Part shown: positions 12,215-25,296 of the stretch, piece by piece | How positions within the stretch are numbered: position 1 is the stretch's first letter | Layout: every line of letters starts with the position of its first letter | Source of the DNA: the human T2T-CHM13v2.0 reference genome, Homo sapiens | Assembly (NCBI RefSeq): GCF_009914755.1 | Contig: NC_060937.1 | DNA: 64,000 nucleotides | Direction: 5' to 3' (one strand) | Program-made: the position numbers and the translations under genes | The notes under the pieces: model-generated | Told to the model about the DNA's origin: nothing | What the model saw: only the letters and a program-made list of their open reading frames with translations | Database searches by the model: none

Positions 12215-15043
12215 TAAGCGTTCTTGCTTTTAATTTCCCACCTACTGAATTTCTGGTCATTATTTAAGATAGTTCTTAAAATTCATCCACTACTGGTTCT
12301 TCAACTTGGCCTCTATCAGAATCCAATTGTTTCTGTGTATTCCCATAGCATCTGCAATATAGTAATTAGCACATCGCTGTTAGGAATTTTAACTTTGTCT
12401 CTGATTCTTAATTTGTGTGAGTGTAATGTCCTGCACTCACCAAGCCATCCAAAGTCTTTGCAGTATTGAAAGAATCTTGTGAGTTAGGCTGATTTTCTGT
12501 AGACGTATGTTGAGAGACTGAGTTGGTGGTGGTGATGTTCATTTTGAAGGAGCAGAAGGTAAAAGGAAAAATAGCATAAGAAAAGGATTCCAAAGCAAGA
12601 CTGGCTTTCCTACATTATAATATTTTTATTAGCTAACATACTGACAGTTGGTCAGACCATAAATGATTCTGTGGACTGACCAAGTTTGCAGCATTTTAAG
12701 GTATTCAAATAGAAGAGATACCTTTGAGGAAGAAGAAAAGGAAAGAAAGAAGATATGCCAAATGAATCTAATTGATTTAAGTTTTATCTTCTTTTTCATC
12801 TCCCAAAACATTACTGCATGAAAGAGAAATTTTCTTTACGATAAATTTAGGGAACTACAAAAAAATGACAAGTTACATTCTATGTCTCTCAAAAATATTT
12901 TAAAGCATTTATATTCTTATATTCTATTACTGCCTATCTCAGTAAGTCTTTACTGCCTGAATATTATTTCTGGTTTACAAATTCATATCAGCAATAAAAT
13001 TGATTAAAATTTCTCTCTCCTGATAGTGTACTCCCTGTACCACAATATACCCTGAATTTTTCCATCCTCTGCCCCTCACTTTTGCTATCTCATTTGCCTA
13101 GACGGTACTACTCCCATGATATTTTTTTTCCTGATTAAGCTCTAATCTTCTGATGCTCTCCTAGTACTCTCTGATGTTCTGCTCAAATTACACAATTTCC
13201 TTGAGACACTCCTTGATATATCAGCCTGAATCTATCTCAACTTCTACTCTTCTTCCAACTTTTTGCCCTGTTAGAGCATACAGTTCAAAATGGGTGGCAA
13301 TGAAGATGTATGTGTAGGATCTGTCTCAAGCTCTAGAAAACATGAGTGTAGGAGTTAGGAATTCAATAAATATGTATCTCTAAAATGCCTAGGAAAATAT
13401 ATATGTGTAGCAGTAGATAAGCAATATGCTAGTACATGTATGTTAAATTGAAGATTAAAACAATATACTTAATTAGCTGGGTTATTCTGTATTAAATGTA
13501 CTTAGTTTTGAGCCATGATGATATAAAACAATAATTTATATTATAGAATATTTTTAAGATTTTGAATTCTTTATGAGAAAGAGAGAAAGAGTTCAAGTAA
13601 CAATTGGGATTATGCATTTATATTGCCAAACTAGCTAATGTTCCAATTCACTAGCTGATGTTACTGAATTCTAAGATGCTTTTAGTTTAATAAAGGCCTT
13701 TTAGTCTCCTACTTGGTAAAACTTAATTTCTCCTCTATATTTATTTTGAAACTTATAAGAATAAAACTTGAAGTAGAATGGAAGAATTGTAATACCACTG
13801 ATAGTAAATGGAGATCTCTGCTGGGCTCCAAATACCTTAGACCCAGAAATAGCTTATACTTCTTCTCACGAAACTGTTTTCTTTATCTAAAAACTAATTT
13901 GTATTTAAGGATATCTCTGCTAGATTTTTCCTCCGTGTTTTCCATATGTTTCATGCTCTACCCCATAGGATCCTCTGGTATTTTAATAAAATGCCATTTT
14001 TTTTCTCATTAGTGAAGTGTCCTCAGCAGGAAAAGCTTTAACCATGGATCGATTTTCACACCACGTTTCAATGGAGAACATGAACTCAGGTACAGTGATC
14101 ACAACTGACCTTCTTACTGTTTTTGTTCTGTTAATTCATTTGCCTTTGTTGGGCCATTAAACTTATAAAAGGGAATTCTCTGTTTGGCTCTTTTTTAAAG
14201 GGCAAAGAGGTCACTAAGCTCAATCTCTGATCTGTGTTTTTCAGAGTATAACTGGCCAATTTCCAAAAGGTTTAGCTCACCCTGAGGGGTTGCAGAAAAG
14301 GAAGAGAACATTGGGTGAAAGAAACACCCCTTCTCTATTTACCTTCCAACCTCCCGCGCAAAACAAGCAGAGTTAAAATCAGAAAGGGGGCTGTGAGCAT
14401 GAGTCTAGGCTACATAGGTGTTCCTCAGTGTCTGCAGCTGCAGCTTCTACTTTGAGCTTGCTGGAACTTGATTCTAAGTGGCTTTGAAAAGCCACTGAGG
14501 AGTTTGTGTTAGCCAGAGGCCACGAAAGCTGCCATCCACAGCTGAGTGATTCTCTGTTCAAACTGGGCATAAGCCCAATTTGAACAGAGAATCTGTTTTC
14601 TTCCTTCCAGCTCGAAAGGGTACATTTCTGTATACTCCCTCATTTGCAGGGGTGAACTTGGAACAATAATATTCATCTATGAAAGAAATCATAATGTTAA
14701 TTATTATAACTAGGTATCAGTAAACAGCTAAGTAGCAGTGTGATATGGATGTGTGTGGGTATCTGAAGAAGCAGGCATTCTAGCCCCTTCTTTAAAAGAA
14801 AGATGTTTTTCAAAATTATTTAACATTCAGGAGCTAAATTCTCCAAATTATAAAGTGACAACAAACTATCTGAATATTCTACAATTCATGCACTCTGAGA
14901 TACATATACTTTTGTGATAGAATTGCTGTGTTTTTTTAACACAGCCTTGAGGTAACTGAATACTCCCCGATCTCATTATTTCTTTTAACCTTTCTCTATT
15001 CTATTGTGTTCTCTCTCTCTCTAATTCACCCACCAACAAATAT

Positions 15044-15047
<4 letters not shown>

Positions 15048-15089
<42 letters not shown>
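15048..15089. repeat. (AC)~21 microsatellite
   Basis: Uninterrupted AC run. Confidence 0.98.
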
Positions 15090-15092
<3 letters not shown>

Positions 15093-16174
15093 GTATTTCT
15101 AGACAATTCATTAAATTATTCCAGAAAATCTTCTAGCAATGCCTTTTTTTTTTTCTGGATTTGCAATTTTGGCACCGCATCACCAAGTTCACATCCTGGA
15201 CCATGCCTTCTATTAGTGAATGTCTGGGCAGTCTCCCAATAAAGCTGAGCAGCTTCAGTATCATTAGTGGGATGATGGTATTTCAGTTCCTCTTCCTTTC
15301 ATTCCTCTTTAGTTTACTATCAGTGCCACTGAGCTTAATGAACCAAAACGCCTGCTCATGCATTAAAAACGGAGACGTGCATTCTGCCCTAGAAAAAAAA
15401 AATGCTACGTTCTATTTTCTACAGCAGAGATTTTTTTTAACAAACAAAGTAGGAAAGGAAACACAAGTATATTTGTATAATGTGGAGATGTTAGTAAAGG
15501 CATTTTGAAATTTTCAAACAAAGAATGAACTAATTTGCAACTATAGAGTGCCCTCATAAACAGCATGCACTTGTAACAATATGAAATCACGGAAAGTACT
15601 ATCACTACTAGCTGCTGCTATACGTAAGCACTAGCTATGTTAGTATTAATGCGCTAATTACTAATATACATTCAGAAGTGAATATTATGTAAGAAATATG
15701 TTATAGAATATTGCTGAGATCTTCCATTCATATCTTTATTTCACACCATCTCTGGTATTGTAAATAAACTAGGCACTAATTTAGAAGTTAAAGCATACTC
15801 ATATTGATAAAGCTACTTAAAAAAACCTGATTGCAAAATGTTAATGTCATTTTTCCACATAACAAGGATATCTAAAAAAGTCTATTGTTACAAACCTAAA
15901 AGTCATAATATTGCTTTTAAATCAAGGGATGATCATATGTATAATGTGGATGATAAAGGTACATTGTTATATAGGTAGTTTTCTGAAATTCTATCCACAT
16001 ATTTTCTAGTTTTTGAAAAGTCACTCTATGATATATCAAATTACTGTGACATGGTTTTACTGAACTCAGCTTGCAAACACCTCTGGCTATTATGCTAATT
16101 AATTTTACTCACTTGCATCTCAGTGAGAGTGAAATGGGAAATTGGCTAATCAAAATTGCCATTCTCATCAACTA

Positions 16175-16580
<406 letters not shown>

Positions 16581-18277
16581 TTTTAAAAAGAGGAAAGAAA
16601 ATGGGCAGGTAAATCACAGAAAAGTGATTTTTGAAGAGAAAGATGGGCCTTAGAAGAGTAGACATTTTTAATATCAGCTGAGGCAAAGGGCAGAAAAGGC
16701 AGGGTTCAGAAAAAGGAGGCAGAGAACAGGAAAGACAATCTGAAAGTATCATGCAATTTTACTTCATTCTTTTAGTAAACAAATTTTTATCTGCCTTTCT
16801 CTACAAAGAAATGCACTGCACAGAGCTTGTGAGCTTTCCCAACATTCAGAAGCTCTTAAAAGCAGTCAGGGCTCCTCTTTACAGAAGCTGTGATTTTCCT
16901 ACAATAATTTTCTATAATTGTGCCAAAGAGCTAAAAATAAAAATGACATAAGAAGTTTTGCCATAGTGAGATTCACAAGCTCAATTGTAGAACTTAGTCA
17001 TCATATTCAACTTTCAGGAAGATAGATCCAGGTTAGGAAATTCACTGTGCTGATTGCCTTCCTCCTGCCTGTGCGGTTGAGATGTAAAGTCTATGGTCTG
17101 GTTATCAATAACTGCTAGGAACTTTGGCCATAAGCGAGTAGATAGCTGTAAAGTACTATCGTATTGAGAAAGTAAATGTGGTAAGAACTGTAACAGGCTG
17201 AGGTTTATTGAGAAAGTCCTGATTACTGTGTAGACTGGGTACCTCTGATCCGAGGCCAAAGCCACACGAAGCAGTTATAGAATTTATTGGGTCTTATTTA
17301 AACTAAACATATATCTGGCTTTCTCCATTTTATTTCTCTTCAACATGTGGAAGAACATAATTTTTTTGGTTTAGCACGAAACTTCTATCTGTTTCATTCT
17401 TTAAGTCATTCGTCACATATCTCAAGGTCACGAGCAAGCTTCAGAGGGAAAGTATTTGTGTTAATTGATTGCTTCCATGATTCTTATGCCTATGGGTGCT
17501 GGTAAATGAGCTTTTTGTATTTTCAATGAAGTGACTCAAGTGGAGGAGAAACACTTATGATTCCTGTTAATAAGATACATAAAGCATACTGTCCCCTGGA
17601 GATCTTGGTTCCCTGCTCCCAACTCCTTGTCACTTACTCCATGGTGAAAATGAGAACTTTGCCCTCCGATTGCTACTACCAGGAGAGTAAACACTCTCTG
17701 GTTCTAGAATTAAAATGAAGCATTCAGCAGTATAGAGCCAAAATACAGAACCTCTCTTTTCTCTTTCTGCCACTGTACTATTGCATTTTGAGAAAGAGGC
17801 ACAATTCAATAAAGCAAAGTTCACTCCTGCTGAGATGTTTTTTACCTGACTATGTACATCGCTTTTTGGCGAAAAAATAGGACAATTCCTTCAATTCTGT
17901 GAAGCCATGGGGATGATGAGTTTGGGGATAGCATTTGGATATATTGGTGTATTGATTTTAATCAAATACATTACTCTGGGTAACAGCTTCTTGCTCTTCT
18001 TAACAATTCAGTAAACAAAAAGATATGCAAGCAAACCCATTTTATTATCTATAGCAACGATGGTCTCTGTTTTGTATTTCTTAGCAGAGCCCGGGTATCT
18101 GGCAATATATTAGGTTTGTAAATTATCATGTCACTAATGAAAGATATTAGATGTTCTCTACATGGAAAAGAAAAAATTCATTCTCTAGGGTGATAATCTT
18201 ACTTTTCTCTTCCTGCATAGCATCATTATTCTACTGCTCTTGTTCTCTGACAATAATGACATCTTTCCTAGCTACAC

Positions 18278-19215
18278 TTTTTAAAATGTCAGGTTTATTG
18301 GGTTATCATTTGCATATAGTAAAATTCAACCTTTTAGGAGTAATTCTATGAGTTCTGAAAAACACATGTAGTCATGGAACCTGACTAAGACACTCTTAAC
18401 CTTCTGCTTAGCTTGACTAAACTTTAGACAAACTTCTTCCTAACTGTAGACTTCTGAACTTTTTTTTTTTTTTTTTTTTTTGGTTAAGGCATTTACTCTA
18501 GAAAACTTGCAATTGTAAATTCTTTCTCTGCTCTTTTGGGAGGTTGCTGATTGCCACTTTTACAAATGAGGATGGTCTTTCTCAAGTACCTGGAAGTCAT
18601 CCCTTTGAAATGAATTCATCAAGAAAGATAGCACCCCTATCTCCTAGTCTTAGTGGGAAGGCAAGAGCCGAACTTTGATAAAAAGGCAATTAGCAAACTC
18701 AAATGGCCTAATCACATCGACCAATCTATCACCTAATAGCCTCCAATATTTTTCCACTAGTTTAAGAGCTTAAAAACTCTCCTGCCTTTTGTTTCGATTG
18801 AGCTCAGTTCCACCTCTCTCATCTATTGCAGTAGCCTTGAATAAAATCTTCCTTGTCTGTTTAACTCTGTCAGTGTAATTTTTCTTTGATAGACCACCAC
18901 TACAATCAAGTTATAGAACATTTATATTGCCTCAAAAACTTCCTCTGTGCCCCTTTGTACTTAATGTCTTCCTTCAATCCCCAGTTCCTGGCAACCACCT
19001 ATCTGATTTCTGTCCCTATCACTTTGCCTTTTCCAGAATGTCGCAGAAATAAAATCATGCAGCATATAGCCTTCTGTGTCTGCTTGTTTTTTTCTCTTCC
19101 ACTTAGCACGATAGTGTTGAGGTTCATCCATGGTATTGCCTGTGTCAGTGGTTTCTTTTTACTGCTGCATAGTATTATATTGCAAACTACCACCATTTGT
19201 TTATGTATTTTTCCA
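18278..19215 (-). mobile_element. L1M (L1MB-like) 3' end, split by an LTR
   Basis: tttattg...aaaattcaaccttttag...gtcatggaacc | accactacaatcaag...cctggcaaccac...ttttccagaatgtc, antisense L1M 3' UTR continuing across the insert. Confidence 0.85.
18382..18891 (+). mobile_element. ERV1 solo LTR (MER31/MER67-like)
   Basis: TG...GATA (decayed CA) ends; gcatttactctagaaaacttgcaattgtaaattctttctctg motif; AATAAA near 18840; 4-bp TSD aacc/gacc. Confidence 0.75.
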
Positions 19216-20145
19216 ATCCATATCTTGAATATAAATTTGGCTGTCCTTATTGTATCAATATTTGTCTTATTTAAGATATTACTATCATATTATGTTCTCT
19301 AAATACATTCAGAATCAAGATTGGGCTCACCAAAATGGTTCTTGCTTTTTCCTTTCCATGGCCTCAGCGGAAATGCTTCCTATATAACTAGGCGGATAAA
19401 TGAATGAACAAACCAACCACCACTTTAGAAAAAATATTAAACATCCTGTGAAATTTTGGAAAAAATGCATGCCTACAAATTGCTTAAAACTAAATAGTAA
19501 TATAAGATTTGCTGAAATTGTATCCTAGCTGTTTATTTTAGATAGATGTTATGTCCTAAATACCTATTGAGTCAAAACTGACATAATTTAGCCAGAAAGA
19601 GCATTTAAAAGTAGCTTGGCTTCCAGGGATAAATATGGAAATAATTATACAGCAATAGAATAGTATTAGACTATGAGATCAGTTTCAAAAAGTATAAACA
19701 GCTTCCCCAACGTATGCTTTTTAAAAAACACCATTTCTGAATGTGGATTAAATTCACATATTTAGTATATTTTAAATGAGTGAACTTCATTATTTTATAA
19801 TTCACTATAAACTCTACATGTATTCCATTTTTTTTTTGTTTTGTTTTATGTTTTGGTTTGCTTTTTGTATCATCTTTAGACTCCAGCACTGACTGGAATT
19901 ATTTGAGAGAATGTGAGTCCTGGATATCAGGGCCCTTCACCTTCTGTAGCTAGAAAACAGACTCTAAAACAGTTTGTGCTGGCATTCCTCTCACTTTTAT
20001 TCCAATTTGAAGTTGGAAATAAATGATGTGGCCTATTAAAACTTGAAATATTATAATAAAGTATCAATTAAAGAATTTTTTTCCTCTCCTCTGATATTAC
20101 CCTATGAATCTAACTAGCTAGTTTTTAATAAAAGTGGCCACTGTG

Positions 20146-20298
20146 AATCTACTTACATTACGTGTGTGTGTGTGTATACTCCTCATTGTGTGTGTGTATA
20201 TATATGTGTTATGTGTGTGTATATATATAATATATATATATAATGTGTGTGTGTATATATATATACACACACACGTAATGTAAGTAGATTATATATAT
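20146..20298. repeat. (TG)n/(TA)n microsatellite bracketed by a 26-bp perfect inverted repeat
   Basis: aatctacttacattacgtgtgtgtgt (20146-20171) and acacacacacgtaatgtaagtagatt (20265-20290). Confidence 0.95.
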
Positions 20299-21615
20299 AA
20301 GTAGTTACCTTTATCAAGTATACTTTAAACCATATAAAATGTACGTTTAATATGTTACAATTAATAGAATGTCCATAATAAGATGTCCATTTTATGCAAA
20401 ATTCAAGCTTTTATACATTACCTAACAATGAAACTGGAGTGGCCTGACATCCAAAATTTAGCTACATGTGTGTCATTCTTCACTATAGAGCAGTATTTGT
20501 GCAATCATTTCAACATATCACAGCATTTGGGCTTTGCTACGTTGTAAAGTGTTTAGAAACCAGAAAAATTATGTTTATCTTATTTTTTAAATATTGGCAT
20601 GAATGGAAAAAAGTAAGATATCATACTTGTAATAAGACATGTAAGTCCCTTAAAAAAAAGATATTTTATAAAGGGAAACAATACCAAAATCAGGAAGGCT
20701 TTAGGCTGTGTAAGAAAGTCTTTGGGCTTCTGCTATTTGAATGAATATTCATTTGAAAATAATATGCTGGGCATATATTATTGAAGATTATATCTAAAAT
20801 ACAAGGTAGAAGCAGGGACTTCAAAAAATACCTTTACGTCTTTCATAACAAGTATGCAGATAATATGTACACATACAAGCACACCTTTGATATCATATAT
20901 TTATGTCTTTTTAAATTTCTGATTTGCATGTTGTTTAAAAATGGAGGATTAACTGTACTTAAATTTTAAGAATCTTGATTATAATATTAGAAAATCTGTT
21001 TAATCACATAGGATCATGCGTGACCTAGGCCAGTATTCTCCAAAATAAGTTGTATGGAATATGTGTTCTTTGAGTATCATTTATAATCAAATAATTTTAC
21101 AAGTGAGTGGGTTAAACAAATGTAAATAAGATTAATTAACTTTAAGTTTGTTAAATGCATGTTTATGTAAATCTGATTGTGAATCACCAGTTGAATGCAT
21201 GGAGGATGAACCTTCTCAACTTCATTTAGTCCGGACAAATAATCCATGAAACATATATCAATAAATTCTGATTTAGGATTGGGATTTGCTCTAACAGAAG
21301 AGGTAACTGATTAAGTAAAACAGTATTGTATCACACTGTGAATCAGAGGGCTAGTCTCCAATCCTGGGTCTGCTGCCATTTTTGTCAGAAGCCTTAGATT
21401 AGTGGCTAAGAGCACAGCTTATCTGGGGTTTAATCCAACACAGCCCTTTATCTGCTAAATGACTATACAGGTCATCTCTTGATGCCTTCACTTATTCAAC
21501 CATAAATAAGAAGCCATAGGAGATTTTACCTTTAGTTTAATCAATACAATCAAAGTGTTTTAAAGAAATATATGATAAATAAGAAGTGGTACATAAGTAT
21601 GAGCTATTTTTTTGT

Positions 21616-21925
21616 CAGTGGTTTTCAAACTTTGGACCTTGACTTACAATAATCAACCTACACTGAGATGCAATAAAAACACATGTGCACGCAATAACAT
21701 ATACAACTAAAATAAAAGTTTAACTGAAATAATATTTAACTATGCTATATGAGATGCACTCTAATATAACCTAATATGTTTTATTCTCTTCTAATTTTTC
21801 ACGTTGCCATTGTTTCCTCATGCTATTCCATTCTAACCTATTTTTTTCTATTCTATACAACCTATTCTATTCTACTCTCTTACATTCCATTAAAAATTGT
21901 CCTCATCCTCAGGTTGCAAGACATT
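21616..21925 (+). mobile_element. hAT-Charlie (Charlie4-like) DNA transposon remnant
   Basis: cagtggttttcaaactt terminus; aactaaaataaaagttt...gatgcactctaatat and ctattctattct motifs. Confidence 0.6.
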
Positions 21926-22670
21926 AATTTCACTGTATGACTTGCCGATCATCATTTAAACTGTGTCTTTAGTCCTTCCGTTCAATTCCCTCATAAAATC
22001 CATTAGTTATTTCATAAAATTTAAAAACAAAATTCTAATATTCAATTTCAAACTCGATGTCTGACCTGTGGCATATGGATCTCCTGATGGTTTTGGCCCC
22101 AGAATCTCTCTTTCTCTCTCATGCATAAGATTCTGTAGACATCAAATGATCTAAGTTTATTCTAATTCCAAAATTGAAGAAATAAATGACATTTAAAGAG
22201 AAGCTCGTTGCTTACTTCATTCTTTTTAACGACTTAATCTGTATTTAATATATGCACCATACACCTACATTCTGACATAAATACACTGTCTGAACTATCT
22301 AAAGAAAAAAAAAATTCAAATAATTTTTCCTTAACAATTAGAGTGATTATATTATGCTTCCTATTTGTAAATAAGCTTTTAACATTTTTAAACTCAAAAT
22401 TATATAAAATTGAAGTATAAGCTAAAATCAAGTCAACCCTGAGATTATATAGGTTATGTTAGCTGCATAATTTTTTTTATTTCATGGACATAAATAAGTG
22501 TATCAGGCAATTTAAATAGGTATAACATTCTTCTGCTATATCCAGACTTTTAGATACTACAGAGCCAATGATAAGACTAACTATAACTGAACCTCCATTT
22601 CTCCCAGAATTTGGTGAAACACCAAACAATATCTCACAGCCTCTGATGTTATTATTACATGTGACCATAG

Positions 22671-23137
<467 letters not shown>

Positions 23138-24407
23138 TAAAAGATTATTTACAGTCCGTATTTTGAAATTAGAATAGGTATTTTATAATACGAACTGTTT
23201 ATGTGAAAATATTTATTTAATTTGATTTGTCAATGTGTACTTCTAACCATAGGTACTTTCCATTAGATTTCCAGTTTATGTGGATAGTAGTTAAAATGGG
23301 ATCTCACAGTTTTCAATCTTCAAGGACTGAAAAAGAATTTCATTCATTATTAACTCAACATAAGCACACTTTTCTAAAAAGGAATAGTAACTTTATATTT
23401 TTAGCTTTGCCATGTCTACACCCTTCTCACATATATGTGGATGACTGTCACTCCTCTCAGGGTGTCTCCAATATCCTGAGATTTTTAGCATCGCAATATA
23501 TTATTCATGACCATGTTCTCTGCAAATGTTCAAATACAAGGCTTTCTGGCCAGCTTTCGCATTAGTATCTGTGCACATGTGCAGAAACTTCTGAAAACTC
23601 CACACACCTACATTAATTGAATAAGCAAATGCTTGAGCAGCATTATTTACGAGAACATGCAACTTCAATGGATTTTAAAAGAACTTGCAAGGCAGCTGTA
23701 TTTTCCTCTCACTCTCACAGTCTGATATTATTTATTATCATTTCATGTGTGGGTTCCACACTCATCCAACAGATATTGATTTACACCTGTTTTGTACTCT
23801 ACATTTTCGTTGTTTTGTTATATCTTTAGGATCCTTCAGTGGAAGATACTATGGTTGTCATTTATCTGAAAGGCTCATCCCCCCTCTCTTTGTGCATCAT
23901 TTTCTACATGAACAGCTGCATCACAGCTGTCAGGCTGAATGGTAAAGATATCTTTGGCCGATAAGCCTATGCCTGTGGCACACGGAGTGGCTTCAAACAA
24001 CTAATTAGCAGGAGCTGGGCCACAGCAAGGTTTGGTGCTGTCCATCAAGCCTGCGACCAACACTGACACCATCAGCAAATCTGTCAAATGCGGCTCTTCC
24101 TGTGAACAAAACCAAGCCCATTTGTTTTGTGGTGAAGAAAGAATTGGCAGAATGTGTTTAATAAAAAGTTAAAGAAGGTGATGATCAATCTTTATAGAGT
24201 GTTAAGTAATTGAAAAAAATACTGAACTGGTGGAAAATCTGATAACTGATTTATACACGGGAACTCAACTAAAAATGTCTCCATGAATTTACAATGAAGT
24301 AATTCATAAGGCCACTCACATTGCTCAAGTACATTTGTTTAGCCTCGGGAAAACACCACAAATGTATGCTGTTTTTAATAATAAGTGACTTACAAAAATA
24401 ATAATAA

Positions 24408-24463
24408 TAACAAACCTGCACATTCTGCACATGTATCCCAGAACTTCAAGTATAATTTAAAAA
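24408..24463 (+). mobile_element. Extremely 5'-truncated L1PA 3' end
   Basis: taacaaacctgcacattctgcacatgtatcccagaactt.aagtataat flanked by aaaaataataataa on both sides. Confidence 0.85.
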
Positions 24464-25214
24464 ATAATAATAAGAGGCTATTATATGTAAAATTGGATAT
24501 TAACATTTACATACATATGCAACCATATGCCAGATTTACATAATTATAAAATTGTTATGTATAATAATTTCTATAAAAATCAAAATCTATTTGTACAAAT
24601 GTATCTGTAAATATGCATATCTGCATTTACAATTAAGTATTTAAAAGTTTTAAAGCTGAGTCCGTTGAACACAAATTGAAAAACATTATGTAGTCATGTT
24701 TCTTAATAACTAAAAATGTGTTTAGATACTATACTAAGAATATAAAATTTAATAGCCACTGCAGTTTTGCATTTTGAACCAGGTCTTAGATCGGAGCCAG
24801 GAAAGAGGTCTGCATTGAGGAGACAAAGAACCAGTGGAACTTTCCTTAAAATTTGGATGTCCTCTCCTGACACCTGGCCTTCACGCAGGCTGTATATTTA
24901 AGTAAAATTCTCATTTTTCTACCAACACACACCAACACATCACTCCTGATCATTCACTTTGTAAACTCCTTCAAGTCTTATTTATAACAACATACTTTTT
25001 ATGTGCTATGTTAAATTGCTCTTATGATGTGCTCTTCTTGCATCTTGAGTATCTCTTGTTTTAGCACTGCTTACACTTTATGGTAACATGTTGATATGAG
25101 TATACTCCCTTGGACTGTAATATCTGAAACACAAAGAACCATGTTTGTATACACAAATGATGTACTTGGCATGCATAACGTTGCCTCTGGTATACTTGCT
25201 GGATAAATATTTAT

Positions 25215-25296
25215 GGAAGGAAGAAAAGAAGGGAGGGAGGGAAGAAAGGAAAGGAGGGAGGGAAGAAAGGAAGAGAGGGAGGGAAGAAAGGAGAGA
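25215..25296. repeat. GA-rich polypurine repeat (GGAA/GAGG units) at the end of an L2-like fragment
   Basis: About 80 nt of pure purine with recurring ggagggaagaaagga units. Confidence 0.9.

Noticed and set aside
14379-14570. 63-aa ORF with plausible composition
   Set aside because: No recognisable homology and no convincing splice boundaries; better treated as non-coding.
18886-19302. Longest ORF (138 aa, hydrophobic)
   Set aside because: Antisense L1M 3' UTR; hydrophobicity follows from T-rich composition.
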